A DNA stretch of 64,000 nt from Octopus vulgaris. Lineage: Eukaryota. The stretch is taken from assembly GCA_951406725.2 (NCBI GenBank), contig OX597822.1, forward strand, positions 91,760,001 to 91,824,000, written 5' to 3'. A model generated the notes under the pieces. That model saw only the letters and a program-made list of their open reading frames with translations, did not search any database and was not told where the DNA came from. The translations under genes and the position numbers were made by a program. Positions 13,019 to 26,000 of the stretch are shown piece after piece. Position 1 is the first letter of the stretch, and each line of letters begins with the position of its first letter.

Positions 13019-13379
13019 TGAATGTATATATATATACATATATATTCTTTACCTAACACTCCCTGAATACATACCAAATATCCTGCTTCATTAATGAATC
13101 TGTGAACTACTATAAATGCATGCAGCATACCAACACCATCTTGCACCACACCGTAGGGAAATCTACATATTATAACACTGTATAGGACTATGTAACTTGG
13201 TGAGGTTTCGTCTGCACTGTGGGGTACATTCAATTCCATTATATCACTCCCCAGCCACTGGGGAGCAGTGCAGATGTAAGCCAAAACAATCATCATGCTA
13301 AATAAAGCTTACAGTATGCTCTGTTTTCCCTATCAATTATTTAAAATATATTAAACGTCCACCAAGGAATTCTTTACAT

Positions 13380-13625
13380 AGATCCTGTGATGAGAGCTTG
13401 ACTGAAGAGGAAGGTGTCTTTCTTCAAGCCTCTCAGCCTTGTCCACCTCACAACCTCTTTTGCCATAGCTGCTAGAGACAGGAGCACCGTCTGTCCAATC
13501 GTGTTAAAGGTGGGTGGCATGGCAACCCCCACAGTGCACATAGTACTATGGATGATGCCTGGTAGCCATATGTGGTGAACACACTCTCAAGGCACACTAC
13601 TAGGGACATACCCAAAACAAGGTTT
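13380..13625 (-). mobile_element. Tx1/L1-like LINE 3' fragment
   Basis: LAAMAKEVVRWTRLRGLKKDTFL aligns by eye to LVAMVKECV*WARLKGLETNTFL near 39170. Confidence 0.55.
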
Positions 13626-14189
13626 GGATACATTTAAAGTTTCCTATCTAAACTTTGATTTTAAACATAACCTATATACAGACATACCTCAGCTTAAGTT
13701 GTTTCGATTTAAGTTGCTCTTGATTATATGTCAGTTTTCAAAAATAATATATGGAAAAATAAAAATCAAGTTAAGTCATTTTACTCAACTTTCTGTCTGT
13801 CTGCCATAAATGTTGGAATTGTAAAATCACTAGAAAACCATTAAAAGTACATAAAATCATGTTTCTGTACAATAAATAGGAAAAAAAAGCAAATAAAATC
13901 ATATTAAAATATGTACAGTAAATATTAAGATACACACCATAAAGTAGTGTAGCTTAGTGAGCGAAATCATGAAATCAGTTGTGTTGTCTTATTTATCAGT
14001 GTTTAGGAGCTCATATTGGGCTGTAGTTCCAATATCTACCATTAGGCATCATTGTCACTCATGATTCCTGCGATTGTTTTGAATTCAGATTTGTTTACAT
14101 CTTTTATCAACTACTTTCTCATTCTCATTCCTTTGTGACTTTATTTTTTGCCCCCAAGGCTCCCAAGAAAATTCATAGAGAAAGTGCTA

Positions 14190-16144
14190 AGCACCATGCT
14201 ATAATACTCTGGAAGATAAACTGGCTACGATAAAATGCTATGAAAAAGGTGAAAAAGTGGTAGCAATTGCACGATCTTTTGGGATAAGTCGGACAATTGT
14301 AGTGATGATTGTACATAATAAGGGCAAGATTTTAGCACCTATCAAATCTGAAGCCCCAGGGATGAAGAACACTATCATCAATAAGAAAAAAAGCAAAGTC
14401 TTTGAAGGAATTGAAAGTCTTCTTTTTCTTTGGATTGTTAGGTTGAATCATCAGCCTGCTACTATTAGTCAAGAAATCATTCAAGAGAAAGCATTGTCTT
14501 TGTTTGAGGACCTGAAGAAAAAATATCCAGATGAGAAAGATGTAGAGTTCAAAGCAAGTCAAGGATGGTTCATGAGATTTAAGGAGCGAAGAAGTTATCA
14601 CTCCATTAAGAAGCAACGTGAAAGTGTATCAGCTGATGAACAAGCAGCAGTGGAATTTCCTAATGCATTAAAGAAAATCATTGAAGAAAACGGGTTTCTT
14701 TCTGAACAGATTTTTTAATGTAGATGAAACTGGATTGTATAGGAAAAAATTGCCAGACCGTTCATTCATTTCCAAGGAGGTGAAAACTATTCCAGGCTAC
14801 AAGGTCTCAAAAGAATGTATGACCATTATGTTAGGAGGTAATTGTGAAGGAGATTTTAAGTTAAAGCCATTGCTTGTGTATCATGCACACAAGTCCCGTG
14901 CCATGAAGAACATACCCAAGGCATCTCTCCCTGTTATATGGATGGCTAATTCAAAAGCATGGGTTACTGTTATTATATTTAAAGATTGGTTTTTCAATCA
15001 TCTTATCCCAGCAGCAGAGAAGTATTGTAAGAAGGGGATTCCTTTTAAAGTTTTACTTACCTTAGATAAAATCCTGGCCACCTGCAAAGCATCACAGATT
15101 TTGACCCCAATAAAGACCCCCTTCGGTCAGGCACTGACCATGGGTTTGCACCTAGAGAGATACCCTCTGAGGCACAAGTCTGGGCAAGGTTGTTTTATGG
15201 AAGACCAGCAGTCGCCCATGCATACCGGCCTCCCTCTCCACGTCACCGATGTTGTCCAAGGGAAAGGCAAGGGCCGATACAGCTTGGCACCTGTGACGTC
15301 GCAACTCATTTCTACAGCTGAGTGAACTGGAGCAACGTGAAATAAAGTGCCTTGCTCAAGAACACAACACGCAGCCCCGTCCGGGATTCGAGCTCACAAC
15401 CTCACGATCATAAGCTCGACTACCATCATATACCTCCCTCCAAACACCACGTCTCTTCTGCAGCCAATGGATCAAGCAATAATTGCTATCTTCAAGCATT
15501 ACTATGTGAAGTGTATGCTGTGGAAAGCAATAGCTGCAACTGATTCTGATGAGTCCATCACACTGAGTGACTTTTGGAAGAGATACAATATCTACAAGGC
15601 TGTACAGAATATAGGAGTGGCATGAAATGATGTACAGAGCATGGCTAAGAATGGTGTATGGAAGAAGCTATGCCCACAATTTGTAAATGATTTTAAGGGG
15701 TTTGATAATGTTGCCATCAACAAAACGTTGCTGACTACAAGCAAAGAACTGGAAATGGATTTGGAGGAGGAGGAGGAGGATTTATTTGAAAAAGACAAGC
15801 AGCCCCTGACAAACGAGGATTTGATAGAGCTTTACGAGCAGCAAAATAAAGAAGAGGAGGAAGTCAAACCTGAGTCATGTCACTTAACCATTAAGAAAAT
15901 GCAGCTAGCATATATCACAAAAGGCCTTTCTATGTTTGAGGATATGAATCCAAATGCTCAGCACTTTTCCAAGATTATGGGGGCTTGTCACGAAGCTTTT
16001 GCTCCTTGTAATGTAATCCTTGAAAAGAAGAAGAAAACAGTTCAAGGAACTCTCAACTGGTTTTTTAAGCACATCAAACAACAAGAACAGCCAGAATCAG
16101 CTGTTGATGTTCACGATTCACAACCATCTACATCTGCGATTTAA
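14190..16144 (+). pseudogene. Tigger transposase pseudogene (frameshifts, SINE insertion)
   Basis: IIQEKAL..FKASQGWFMRFK, FNVDETGLY, KLKPLLVY, NSKAWVT, YLPPNTTSLLQPMDQ. Confidence 0.9.
15111..15420 (-). mobile_element. tRNA-derived SINE, family D, inserted in the Tigger ORF
   Basis: Minus strand GAGCTCGAATCCCGG B box and TGTGTTCTTGAGCAAGGCACTT central motif. Full copy at 56285-56617; this copy lacks the A box. Confidence 0.88.
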
Positions 16145-16254
16145 ACCATTATGTATGTACAAATTGGTAACTTTAAAACAATTTAGTTTTTTTTACTATT
16201 GCAAAATAATAATTATTGTCTCTCTGAGACATTTAGAAATTCAATATTTTTAAT

Positions 16255-16570
16255 TTCGGTGATCAGTAAATAAATTTTACTGAAAATAGGATATATTTGC
16301 GAAGAGGTTGCAGTCATCTCAGCGAGCGAGACTGACTACTCTGGACTGACGACGAGCAATAGACTCAGAAACATATGTCTTCAGGTGCTAGTCCCATCTG
16401 GCAGGGGTTGATTGCTTCCCCTTTGCAAATATAAGGACACAGAAAATGTGTCAAAGCTGACAGGAGACGTCAATGTTTCCTAGCGCTAAATGGCGGTGGT
16501 GTAGTTCCCTTACGGGATTGTCACATTGAGTTGACAGTATACAACCACTATATCGCTCCACCACCGCTCA
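16255..16570 (+). mobile_element. ~316-bp CpG-rich insertion carrying a hammerhead motif, flanked by a 33-bp direct duplication
   Basis: TGTCTCTCTGAGACATTTAGAAATTCAATATTT at both 16217-16249 and 16571-16603. Hammerhead motif at 16340-16385. Confidence 0.75.
16340..16385 (+). ncRNA. Type I hammerhead ribozyme motif
   Basis: tctgga CTGACGA c gag-caataga-ctc a GAAA catatg TC ttcagg. Stem I ctgga/ttcag, palindromic ACATATGT stem III, GUC cleavage triplet. Confidence 0.65.
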
Positions 16571-16975
16571 TGTCTCTCTGAGACATTTAGAAATTCAATA
16601 TTTCTAATAATCATGAATTTGTTTCTTAAGCTTATAAAAGGTTTTTATTTTACCATGTCTTATTGCAAACCGCATTCATAAATAAGGCAAACACTAAGTA
16701 CAGTAAACACCACTAAATTGTATTCATAAATTTAGATTACTTTTTTTTTTACTGTACTGTATTAAAAAATAAAAATTACTTGTTTGTAAGCTTAACATAG
16801 GTTTTTATTAACCATGTATTATTGAAAATACATTCATAAATAAAGTACAGAACTCAGAATGATTATTATCGGTTTAGCCTAGAGACAAGTAAATTCGGCC
16901 TAGCCTAGAGATAACTTAATTCAACTTAAGTCGCATCTCCTGGAACCAATTAACCATGTAGGGTGAGGTATGCCT

Positions 16976-17031
<56 letters not shown>

Positions 17032-17083
17032 GATTACATTATTTATTCACCTTACTAATACTCACCCCCAGTCTACCTCATGG

Positions 17084-17142
<59 letters not shown>

Positions 17143-17151
17143 GATATATAT

Positions 17152-20100
17152 ATCATCATCATTATCATCATCATCATCATCATTATCTAACATCCTTTGT
17201 CCATGGGTTGGATGGTTTGAATGGGCTGGCACGCTGGAAAGCTGCACCTTGTCTGATTCGGCATGGTTTTCTATACCTGGATGCCCTTCCTAACAACAAC
17301 CACTCTAAGAGTGTAATGGGCACAGGGGGTACTTTTATGTGCCAATTTGCATGACACTGGTATCTGCCATGACTGCAATTTTGCTTGGCTTAATGGGTCT
17401 TCTTCTCAAGCATGGCATAATGCCAAAGGTCTTGGTCATTGCTTTTATCAGGCCCAACACTCGGAAAGGACTCAGCCACTTTGCCTCTGTGAGTCTCAAC
17501 ACTTGAAAGAAACTTAGCTACTTTGCTTCCATGAGGCGCAACACTCGAAAGGTGTTCTTTACATGCCACCAGCATGGTTGCACTTGGCTTGAGAGGTCCT
17601 TTCAAGCACAGCACATCACCAGAGGTCTTGGTCACTAGTCGATACCTCTGTGAGGTTCAAAGTTTGAAGATCATGCTTCACCACTTTGCTCCATGTCTTC
17701 CTGGATCTACCTCTACTACAGGTTCCATCCATAGTTAGAGACTGGCATTTCTTTACACAAGTGTCCTCATCCATATGCATCACATGACCATACCAGTGCA
17801 GTCGTCTTTCTTGCACACCACATCCGATGCCTCTTATGCCTAACTTTTCGCTCAAGATGCATACATTCTGTCGAACATGCACACTGACATTGCACATCCA
17901 GTGAAGCATGCTGGCTTCATTTCTTTCAAGCCTACACATGTCCTCAGCTGTCAAAGCCCATGTTTCACTGCCATGCAGCATAGCTGTTTACACATAGACA
18001 TCATACAATCTGCCTTTCACTCTGAGAGAGAGCCCCTATGTTTCCAACAGGTGTAAGAGTTATTTGAACTTTGTCCATCCTAATCCTATTCTCACAGCTG
18101 TGCTCTCAGAGCATCCTCCTCCACTACCTACTTGGTCACCTAGATAACAGAAGCTACTACCTCTAGCTTGCCCTCCTGGCAGTTGGTGGAGTCTATCCTC
18201 TGCCCATTTTTGGCACTTATTGTACCTGTACATCTTCCACATACAAAAGCTAGTTTCCCTGTTAACCTTCCTCTGATATTGCTGAACCATTTATGTATCC
18301 AAAGCTTTCACTGGTTGCATTTCATGGAATTTCTACCTACACCTTTTCTACAGATTGAGCAGAGTCGTCTACCTGAAGGGATTTGTGATTTGTGTGCTTT
18401 CCTACTTACTAAGACTTTGATTTTTGCTAGGTTAACTTTAAGGCCCTTTGATTCTAGACCTTGCTTCCATACCTGGAACTTCTCTAGTTCAGGTAGTGAT
18501 TCAGCTATAAGAGCAAGGTCATCAGCATAGAGGAGCTCCCAAGGCTAGCCTGTCTTGAATTCCTCTCTTATTGCCTGGAGGACTATGATGAACAAGGTGG
18601 GTGCTGAGCACAATCCTTGGTGAACCCCTACTTGTACTCTGAATTCTTTGCTGTACTCATTGCCAACCCTCACCTTATTGGTAGTATCCCTGTACTTAGC
18701 TTGTACAGTTCTCACCAACCCCTTATCTATCCCTAGTTTCTGCATTGACCACCAGATAATGGATCAGGGGACACTGTCAAAGGCTTTTTCCAAGTCAACA
18801 AAAGCCAAGTACAGAGGTTTATCTTTGCCTAAGTATTTCTCCTGCAGCTGCCTCACCAGAAATATAGCATCAGTGGTGCATCTTATCTCACCCTCTCCCT
18901 ATGACTCTCTCCATTATTTTCATCACCTGATCCAGCAATTATTTCTATCTAAGGCACCACCTTTACTTTTGTAGCAATTGACTATGAATCTGCTACACCA
19001 GTCATTGGATATGACTCCTTCGTGAGCCACCTGATTTACAATATGGGTAACTACACCATAACCCACACCACCAGATATTTAAGCATCTTAGTAGAGATTC
19101 CTGATGGGCCAGGGGCTTTTCCTATCTTTATATCCTTAATTGCTTTATCTACCATGTAACTGTCAATTTGGGTAGCTGGTCCCTCAAACGGGTCAACATT
19201 TGGCAGGCTCTCCTCCTCTCACTCATTCTCTACATTCAGCAGTCTTTCATAATGGCATTTCCATGCCTCTTTCTTTGCAGAATCATTACATGCAAGTGCA
19301 CCATCATCCATACAGAAACATTTCTTTCCTATGACATCACAATTTTCTCTCACACACTGTCTTGCAATCTGAAACACTTTGGTCCTCATGTCTGCTTCTC
19401 CCTTGGCTAGATATACTTGTCTCCTAGCATTCCTTCTGGCAATCTGATACAATACCCTGTTATCCCTATTCATTCAGGCCTGTTTCTTAGCTCTAATGGC
19501 CCTGTCTCCTGCATTGTTCCACCACCATGCTACCCTAGGTCTGGACATGGCTTTGTACCAGCCATAGATTTGGTCTGTAGCACTCAGCAAGCTGTCCTGG
19601 AATTCCCAGTTGCTCTCTATGTCACTCGTCTGTAGCTCCTCCCTTTCATCGATTTTCTCAATTAAGATGTCCCTAAATCTCTGACTATATGAAGGGTCCT
19701 TAAACTTCTAAATCCTTCTTTTCCAGATTGGTTTACTTTTTTGTGTCCTTCAGGCCAAGAATCTAAAGTCACTAATTACTAGTCTATGCTGGTGAGGTAC
19801 ATTCTTCACCAGGAGGGTCTTTGTATTTAGGAGCAACCATGCATCATGCTGTTTGGTGAGAATGTAATTGATCTGGCTAGCACAGATACCTGCTTGGTAG
19901 GTTATCAGGTGACTGGTTGGTTTCCTGAAGTTCATGTTGCAGATCAAAAGGTTATTTGCATCCCTCAATTCTAGTAACCTTGTTCCCTCTTTGTTTCAGG
20001 AGCCTAATCCATTGCCCCCATGCACACCATGGAAGATACTAGACTGCTGTTCGACATGCCCATTGAAATCCCCAACCATGAAGAGATCGTTGTCACTTGT

Positions 20101-20466
20101 CTTTGAGGTAGCCTGCAGAAGAATGTCATAAAAGTGGTCCTTCTGCAAATTTGGTAGGCCCACTTGAGGGGCTTAGGCAGAGATAATTGTCACTGTACTG
20201 TTCTATAAGACTATCCTAAGCTTAAGCACTCTATCACCCATTATGGCTACCACTATGACCTTATCCACCCATTTCTCTGCAAGAAGTATGTCCATGTCAC
20301 CTACCCTATCACTGTTACCTTTCCAGAAGATTTTATACTTATGTGTCTTACCTGTTAGGAACCTTGCTGAAGCTCTTCTCCACCTTACCTCTTGGATGCA
20401 ACATACATCAACATGTCTCTGTTCAAGCATCTCAACAATCTCACTAGACCTACCATTCGATATGCC
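17152..20466 (-). mobile_element. Near full-length RTE-clade LINE (APE and RT), decayed
   Basis: APE: [27 protein letters not shown]: FVDLEKAFD, VGVHQG, LLYADDLAL, FCYLGD, MLHGSETW, RRLHWYGHV. (GAT)n tail. Confidence 0.92.
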
Positions 20467-20552
20467 TACATAGACATACACCCCCCACATGTGTGTGTGT
20501 GTTTCTGTGCATATATATGAGTGATATATATATATATATATGCATGTGTGCA

Positions 20553-20643
<91 letters not shown>

Positions 20644-20844
20644 GTATATATAGTGGGGTATATATATGGATATATTTATACCTATGCATCACTAATTATT
20701 TTTCCATCTATACATTTTATTTATTAACTTAGCCATATCTGTTATAACTTACATAGTTTATAATTCTCCTAACCACTCTTTAATTAAACTCTAAATTAAT
20801 AAGTTCTGCTTTAATTTCTAGAGCAATACTACCCCTATTAGGTG

Positions 20845-21440
20845 CCTCCAGTTGAGCTGATCAATGGAACCCCCTACTCATGAAATTTACGTGCAAGTGG
20901 CTAAGCACTCCACAAACACATGTATCCTTTATGTTCTCAGGGGAAATTCAGCATGACACAGAGTCTGACAAGGTTGGCCCTTTGAAATACAGATACTATT
21001 CGTTTTTGCCAGCTGAGTAGACTGGAGCAATGTGAAATAAAGCGTCTTGCTCATAGACACAATGCACCACCAGTTTTTGAACTCATGACCTTACTACTGT
21101 GAGTTGAATATCCTAACCACTGAGTCATGTGCCTTCACAAACTAAACTGGCATTCCATCTGTTACATCCCACTTGATCCAATCAATGGAACATGCAAGTG
21201 GTTGAGCACTCCACTAATGTGTGTACCTTTATTGTAGTTCTCAGGAAGATTCAGCATGACACAGAATGTGACAAGGCTGGTCCTTTGAAATACAGGTATG
21301 ACTCGTTTTTGACAGCCGAGTGGACTGGAGCAATGTGAAATAAAGTGTCTTGCTCAAGGGCACAACACGTTGCTGTGAATTGAACTCAGGAACTTACAAT
21401 CATAAGCCGACACCCTAACCCCTAAGCCATACACCTCCAC
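20845..21440 (-). mobile_element. Two tandem diverged tRNA-SINEs related to family D
   Basis: Units at ~20845-21140 and ~21150-21440 share the GAGCAAGAC.CTTT.ATTTCACATTGCTCCAGT block and tRNA-like heads on the minus strand. Confidence 0.75.
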
Positions 21441-21910
21441 CTCCTACACACTCTAGGGTGACAAAGTAGGTCTGGTAGCTGGGAGGTGATTTATGCTACC
21501 CTACTTCTGACCACACTACTCCCCCACAACAAACATCAGAAATATCTTCACAATTTGATTTCTGGGTAATTGTTGAGTAATCTTTTTAATAGTTTTTTTA
21601 CACTTCCAGTTGTTGCTGGTGAATATTGTCCGGTGGTCAAATAAGGTTTAACCCATCAGACAAATTTCTGAATTTTGGTAACAGTGGAACTGCTTGTACT
21701 GATCAACCATGAGCATAAGCTAAGGAGGACGTCCAAAACCGGGTGAGATGGTGTGAGAGCAGTTGCTGTAAGAGTGAGGTAGATCTGGCCACCCTTGTTA
21801 ATGGGGACAAACTTGGGTTTAAAATATTGGACATCAACATCATCATCAATGTGCCACAGCTGCATTGTGCTAAACTGTTTAAAACAGATGTAAGCTAAAT
21901 AAATTGGTTC

Positions 21911-21962
<52 letters not shown>

Positions 21963-23727
21963 GAGGCAAAACAGGGATTAAGTAAATGCAAGCAAATCTC
22001 TTTAAGCATATTGTGGAAATAGAACACAGCTAACTATACACACATACGCGCACGTGCACACACACAAACGCACACACCATATGTATGGTAAACATGATTA
22101 CATATTCAAGTTTAAAGCCATGTTCAATGATGTCGATGAGTGCCATCTACAATAAGGCCAACTGAACGGGTAACTCAGATATGACACAAAGAGTTTGCCA
22201 AATAATTTCATGTTCTTGTATTACAAAATTGTAACAACTACTAAAACAATATGTACACTGATTATGAAGAATAGACAGCAACATTTGTGTCTGATTTTCA
22301 TTGATTATGGTGCCAAATATGGTCAATCTAAATTAATTGCAGTTCATTTATAAATTCAGAATCCAAGCTTTTAATATCTCAGACATAGTAGAAATATTTA
22401 GTTTAATGATGTTGATGAAATCATGTATAATGATATATCACAGTAAAATATTGAAAAATTATAAGCAAAATAGGATTAATCCGCAATAAACTGAGTTAAT
22501 TGTGAAAAGGAGATAAAAAAAACATTCTATCTACTATATAAAATTTCAAAAGTAATTTGAGAAAGTCTTCTTTAACTGGATCATTAAAGATAAAAAATCA
22601 TTTACTCATGTTAGGAGATCTTATTCACAGGAATATTTGAATACATGGCAAATAATTTCAGTATTTTTATGAAAAATATTTACGTATAAGATTATTAATC
22701 TCTTGCAATCAACATTTGTGAGCAATTCCCTTAAAAATGTCATCACAAACAGCCTGATGCTGAAAGCTATCAGATATGATAAAATAATGAAGAAAACTAA
22801 GACTTAGGGAATGCCCTATATCATAAATATTAATTTAATATTAATTTTGAAAGAAACAGAGGAATATCAAGTTATGCTTGGATAAAACAGTAATTAAAAG
22901 TAATATGCTGCTTTGAGTGTAATCTTAAAATAAATTATGTAAACTTAGCTGTCGCTAGCAACAGAGCAGCAAGAATGTTATTGCAGTACTTCAGCACCAA
23001 AAAATTGGTGGACTATCTCTGTAGAGAACAATCAACTCATGGCCTACTGATAAAAATATGTTCGTAGCTTTCATAAACAGTCTTTCTGGGAAAAAGTGAG
23101 AATTTGTTTTAAAACTGGGACAATAAAAGTATGTTTACTGTGAGAATTTGTGTTGAGAGAGGATATCCCTTAAACTTTAATTATTACTGGTGAATATTTT
23201 ACTCATATTGATGTTTTAACTATATTTCATGTTTAAAATAACACAGAACAAAAGCAAATAAAAAGTAAATGCACACAAAATTAAGGAAGGAAGCAAACGG
23301 AAGAAATTATAAGAATGTACTTACAAAATTAGATGTGAACATAAAAACTAAATGAACTATAGAAAATAAGTTCAGAAGTTACTATTAAAGAAATATTAGA
23401 AGGTAACTGTCCAACTGTAATGCCAAAACAATCTTTTTGAGTTCCTCAATCACACAAACCAGTAAAAACAAGTATGTACATGGGATTAACTATTAGTGTA
23501 TCCAGTTAAATTGTAACTATCATATTGACTTGAATGAAGAAAATGGCTAAAGTGTAACAGAATTACTATAATAAAAACTAAAGAACAGACAGCAAGCACA
23601 AGTTGATAAGCATGTATCCAACCACTACACCAAGTAAGTTACAAATATACCTAGTTTTTACTTGCCACTCATATTAGCATTTACCTAGAGGACTCTTAAA
23701 ATAACCCAAGTGTTATGGCTTGCTTAC

Positions 23728-23813
23728 CTGAGGCAGATACGTAACAGGTTTTAACAGTCTCTACTTGGTAGCAGTTAGGTAGTCGTAGTAGACAGATTCT
23801 TACAACAGTTTTC
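23728..23813 (-). CDS. Candidate exon (KTVVRICLLRLPNCYQVETVKTCYVSAS in its only open frame)
   Basis: ttgcag acceptor and CAG|GTAAGC donor. 86 nt, phase 2 to phase 1, unique sequence. Could be non-coding. Confidence 0.4.
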
Positions 23814-25112
23814 CTGCAACTAATTACACTCAAAATGAAGTATAAAAACAAATGATCAGGTTTAACAAACCAAGCCAAATGATTAATGATATCATTTCAT
23901 ATATGGGATTTTCTTTAAAACTCATTGATTCTTATTTTGGAAAAGATAAGGACCTAAAAGCTGTTATATGCAGCACTATTAAAATACAAGTTCATTAAAT
24001 TGACTTTGTAAGTAGAACATAAATTATATAGAAAAGAATTAAAATGCATGACATTTATGCCTTTCAAAGGTGAAATGACTGTAAAAATGAAATTTAAATT
24101 AATTCTAGTAACTTAGTTATTAAATTAAATAGTAGTTGATCATAGGAAAGGAAAATTTACGTCATGTCTAGATCTTAAACAGGGCATTTTTTAATGATAC
24201 AGTTGCATGCAAAATTATTGCATAACTTTAGAAAATGTTTCTTGGGGATACAACTTGAATAAAAAAAATTCTATAAAGTAAATGATAATAAACACAATTC
24301 ATAAGTCACTGTTTAAAGTTATCTCTACACATTTTCTATAGAAATTAGAGTCAGCACTGATTTATTACAATGTCTCATATACAATTAAGTCAATGCCACA
24401 TTTCAGGAGTCCTTGCTCCTTCTTTAGCACCACATCCAACCACATTAACCATCTATGAACACATTGCTAAAATAGCTACCAAACATAGCAGTGTAACATT
24501 ATTGGATACAACAGTTTTACATAATAAGCACATTCCAGGCAACTGGTACATGCATATTAATTTCTAGTAAGAACACCATATTTTGTTATGCTATCTTCAA
24601 CTGCATTGTTTACATTAAGCATATTCGTATATGAATTGTTGTAACAAATCAGTGCTGGATCTAATTTCTATAGAAAATCTGAAGAGATAACTTTAAAAAT
24701 TGATTTAATAGCACTGCTAACACAGGTGAGGCACAGTATTGACTGATAAGCCTTTAATATACCTGGTAGTATATTATGGTTGCATAATGAAATATGCATA
24801 ATGAAATATGAAATATGGCAATTAATAATTCATAAGGCATTTTGAATTAGACAGGTCAACACTACAACATGTCCCTCTATTCAACTTAATACTAGATCAT
24901 ATGATCTATGAAGTCAACCACCTTCAGACCTTTTCCCATCACTTCTTGACTTTCCTCTACAGGTACCTCACAATGTCAACACCAGACATTTTTTTTTTAT
25001 TAATCAAACATCATCTATTCACTCTCTGGATACTCAAGTGATGCCTTTAATGGCCAGTTCTCATTTTTAACTAAGTGTTTCAAATGATTATGCATGCTTC
25101 AATTATTTCCTT

Positions 25113-25475
25113 CATCATCATCATCATCATCATCGTTTAACGTCCGTTCTCCATGCTAGCATGGGTTGGACGGTTCGACCGGGATCTGGGAAGCCGGAAG
25201 GCTGCACCAGACTCCAGTCTGATCTGGCAGTGTTTCTACAGCTGGATGCCGCCCTTCCTAACGCCAACCACTCCGTGAGTGTAGTGGGTGCTTTTTACAT
25301 GCTACTGGCACAGGTGCCAGGCGAGGCTGGCAGCAGCCATGACTGGGTTGGTGCTTTTCACGTGCCACCGGCACGGAAGCCAGTCAAGGCAGCACTGGCA
25401 TCGGCCATGTTTGGATGGTGCTTTTCACGTGCCACTGGCACAGGGATCACAACTACAATTTCCTTATTCCACTGA
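25113..25475 (-). mobile_element. RTE 3' UTR copy with (GAT)n tail
   Basis: Closely similar to 9572-9975. Confidence 0.85.
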
Positions 25476-25789
25476 TTTCATAAACTTGTTGCCTATGTTT
25501 CTCATGTAGCATTATATAAGTGTGTGTTTCCTACAGGCTGATACTAATCTGGAGAAATTATTTGTTGTCAAAAGAAGTGAAGTCACAGTTGTCAAACTGT
25601 TTTCAACTGAAAAAAAGCATAAATAAAACTATTCCAAACATATTTCAAATCAGATGGCATATAGCGATAATAAAAGTTTATAAAAATGATAATAGGTAAA
25701 AAAAAATCACATTGACAAAACTTATTTGTTCATAAATATGTCAGTCCTATTAGATTACAACTCTTCAGTAAAAACATTTAAAAATTTAA

Positions 25790-26000
25790 GTAAATACAAG
25801 GACTGTGAAATAAAGGCTTAAAAAATGTGGCATCGATGAACAACAGCTGGACCTGTGATCATTGGTGCTTTAGGGACAGTACCCAATGGCACTCATAAAA
25901 ACTATGGCCAAATACTAGGAAACCCCTAAATAGCAGAACTACAAAAGAATCACTCTCAAAGGTATTGCACACATCCTAAGAAAAACGCTGTCAACCTGAT
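25790..26000 (+). mobile_element. R4-clade RLE C-terminal fragment
   Basis: KMWHR..PVIIGALGTVP..AELQK..GIAHILRKTLS. Confidence 0.6.

Larger units (their letters stand above)
13679..16976 (+). mobile_element. Full-length Tigger/pogo DNA transposon with TA TSD
   Basis: TA|CAGACATACCTC at the left end and GAGGTATGCCTG|TA at the right end, with an internal CENP-B HTH and DDE_1 transposase. Confidence 0.92.

Noticed and set aside
21455-21900. Exon-like minus-strand ORF FSTMQLWHIDDDVDVQ..
   Set aside because: It has an acceptor-like site but no donor or phase support, and it contains AGGGTGGCCAGAT/TAGGGTGAC motifs resembling hAT-Blackjack termini. A repeat remnant is more likely, though not fully excluded.
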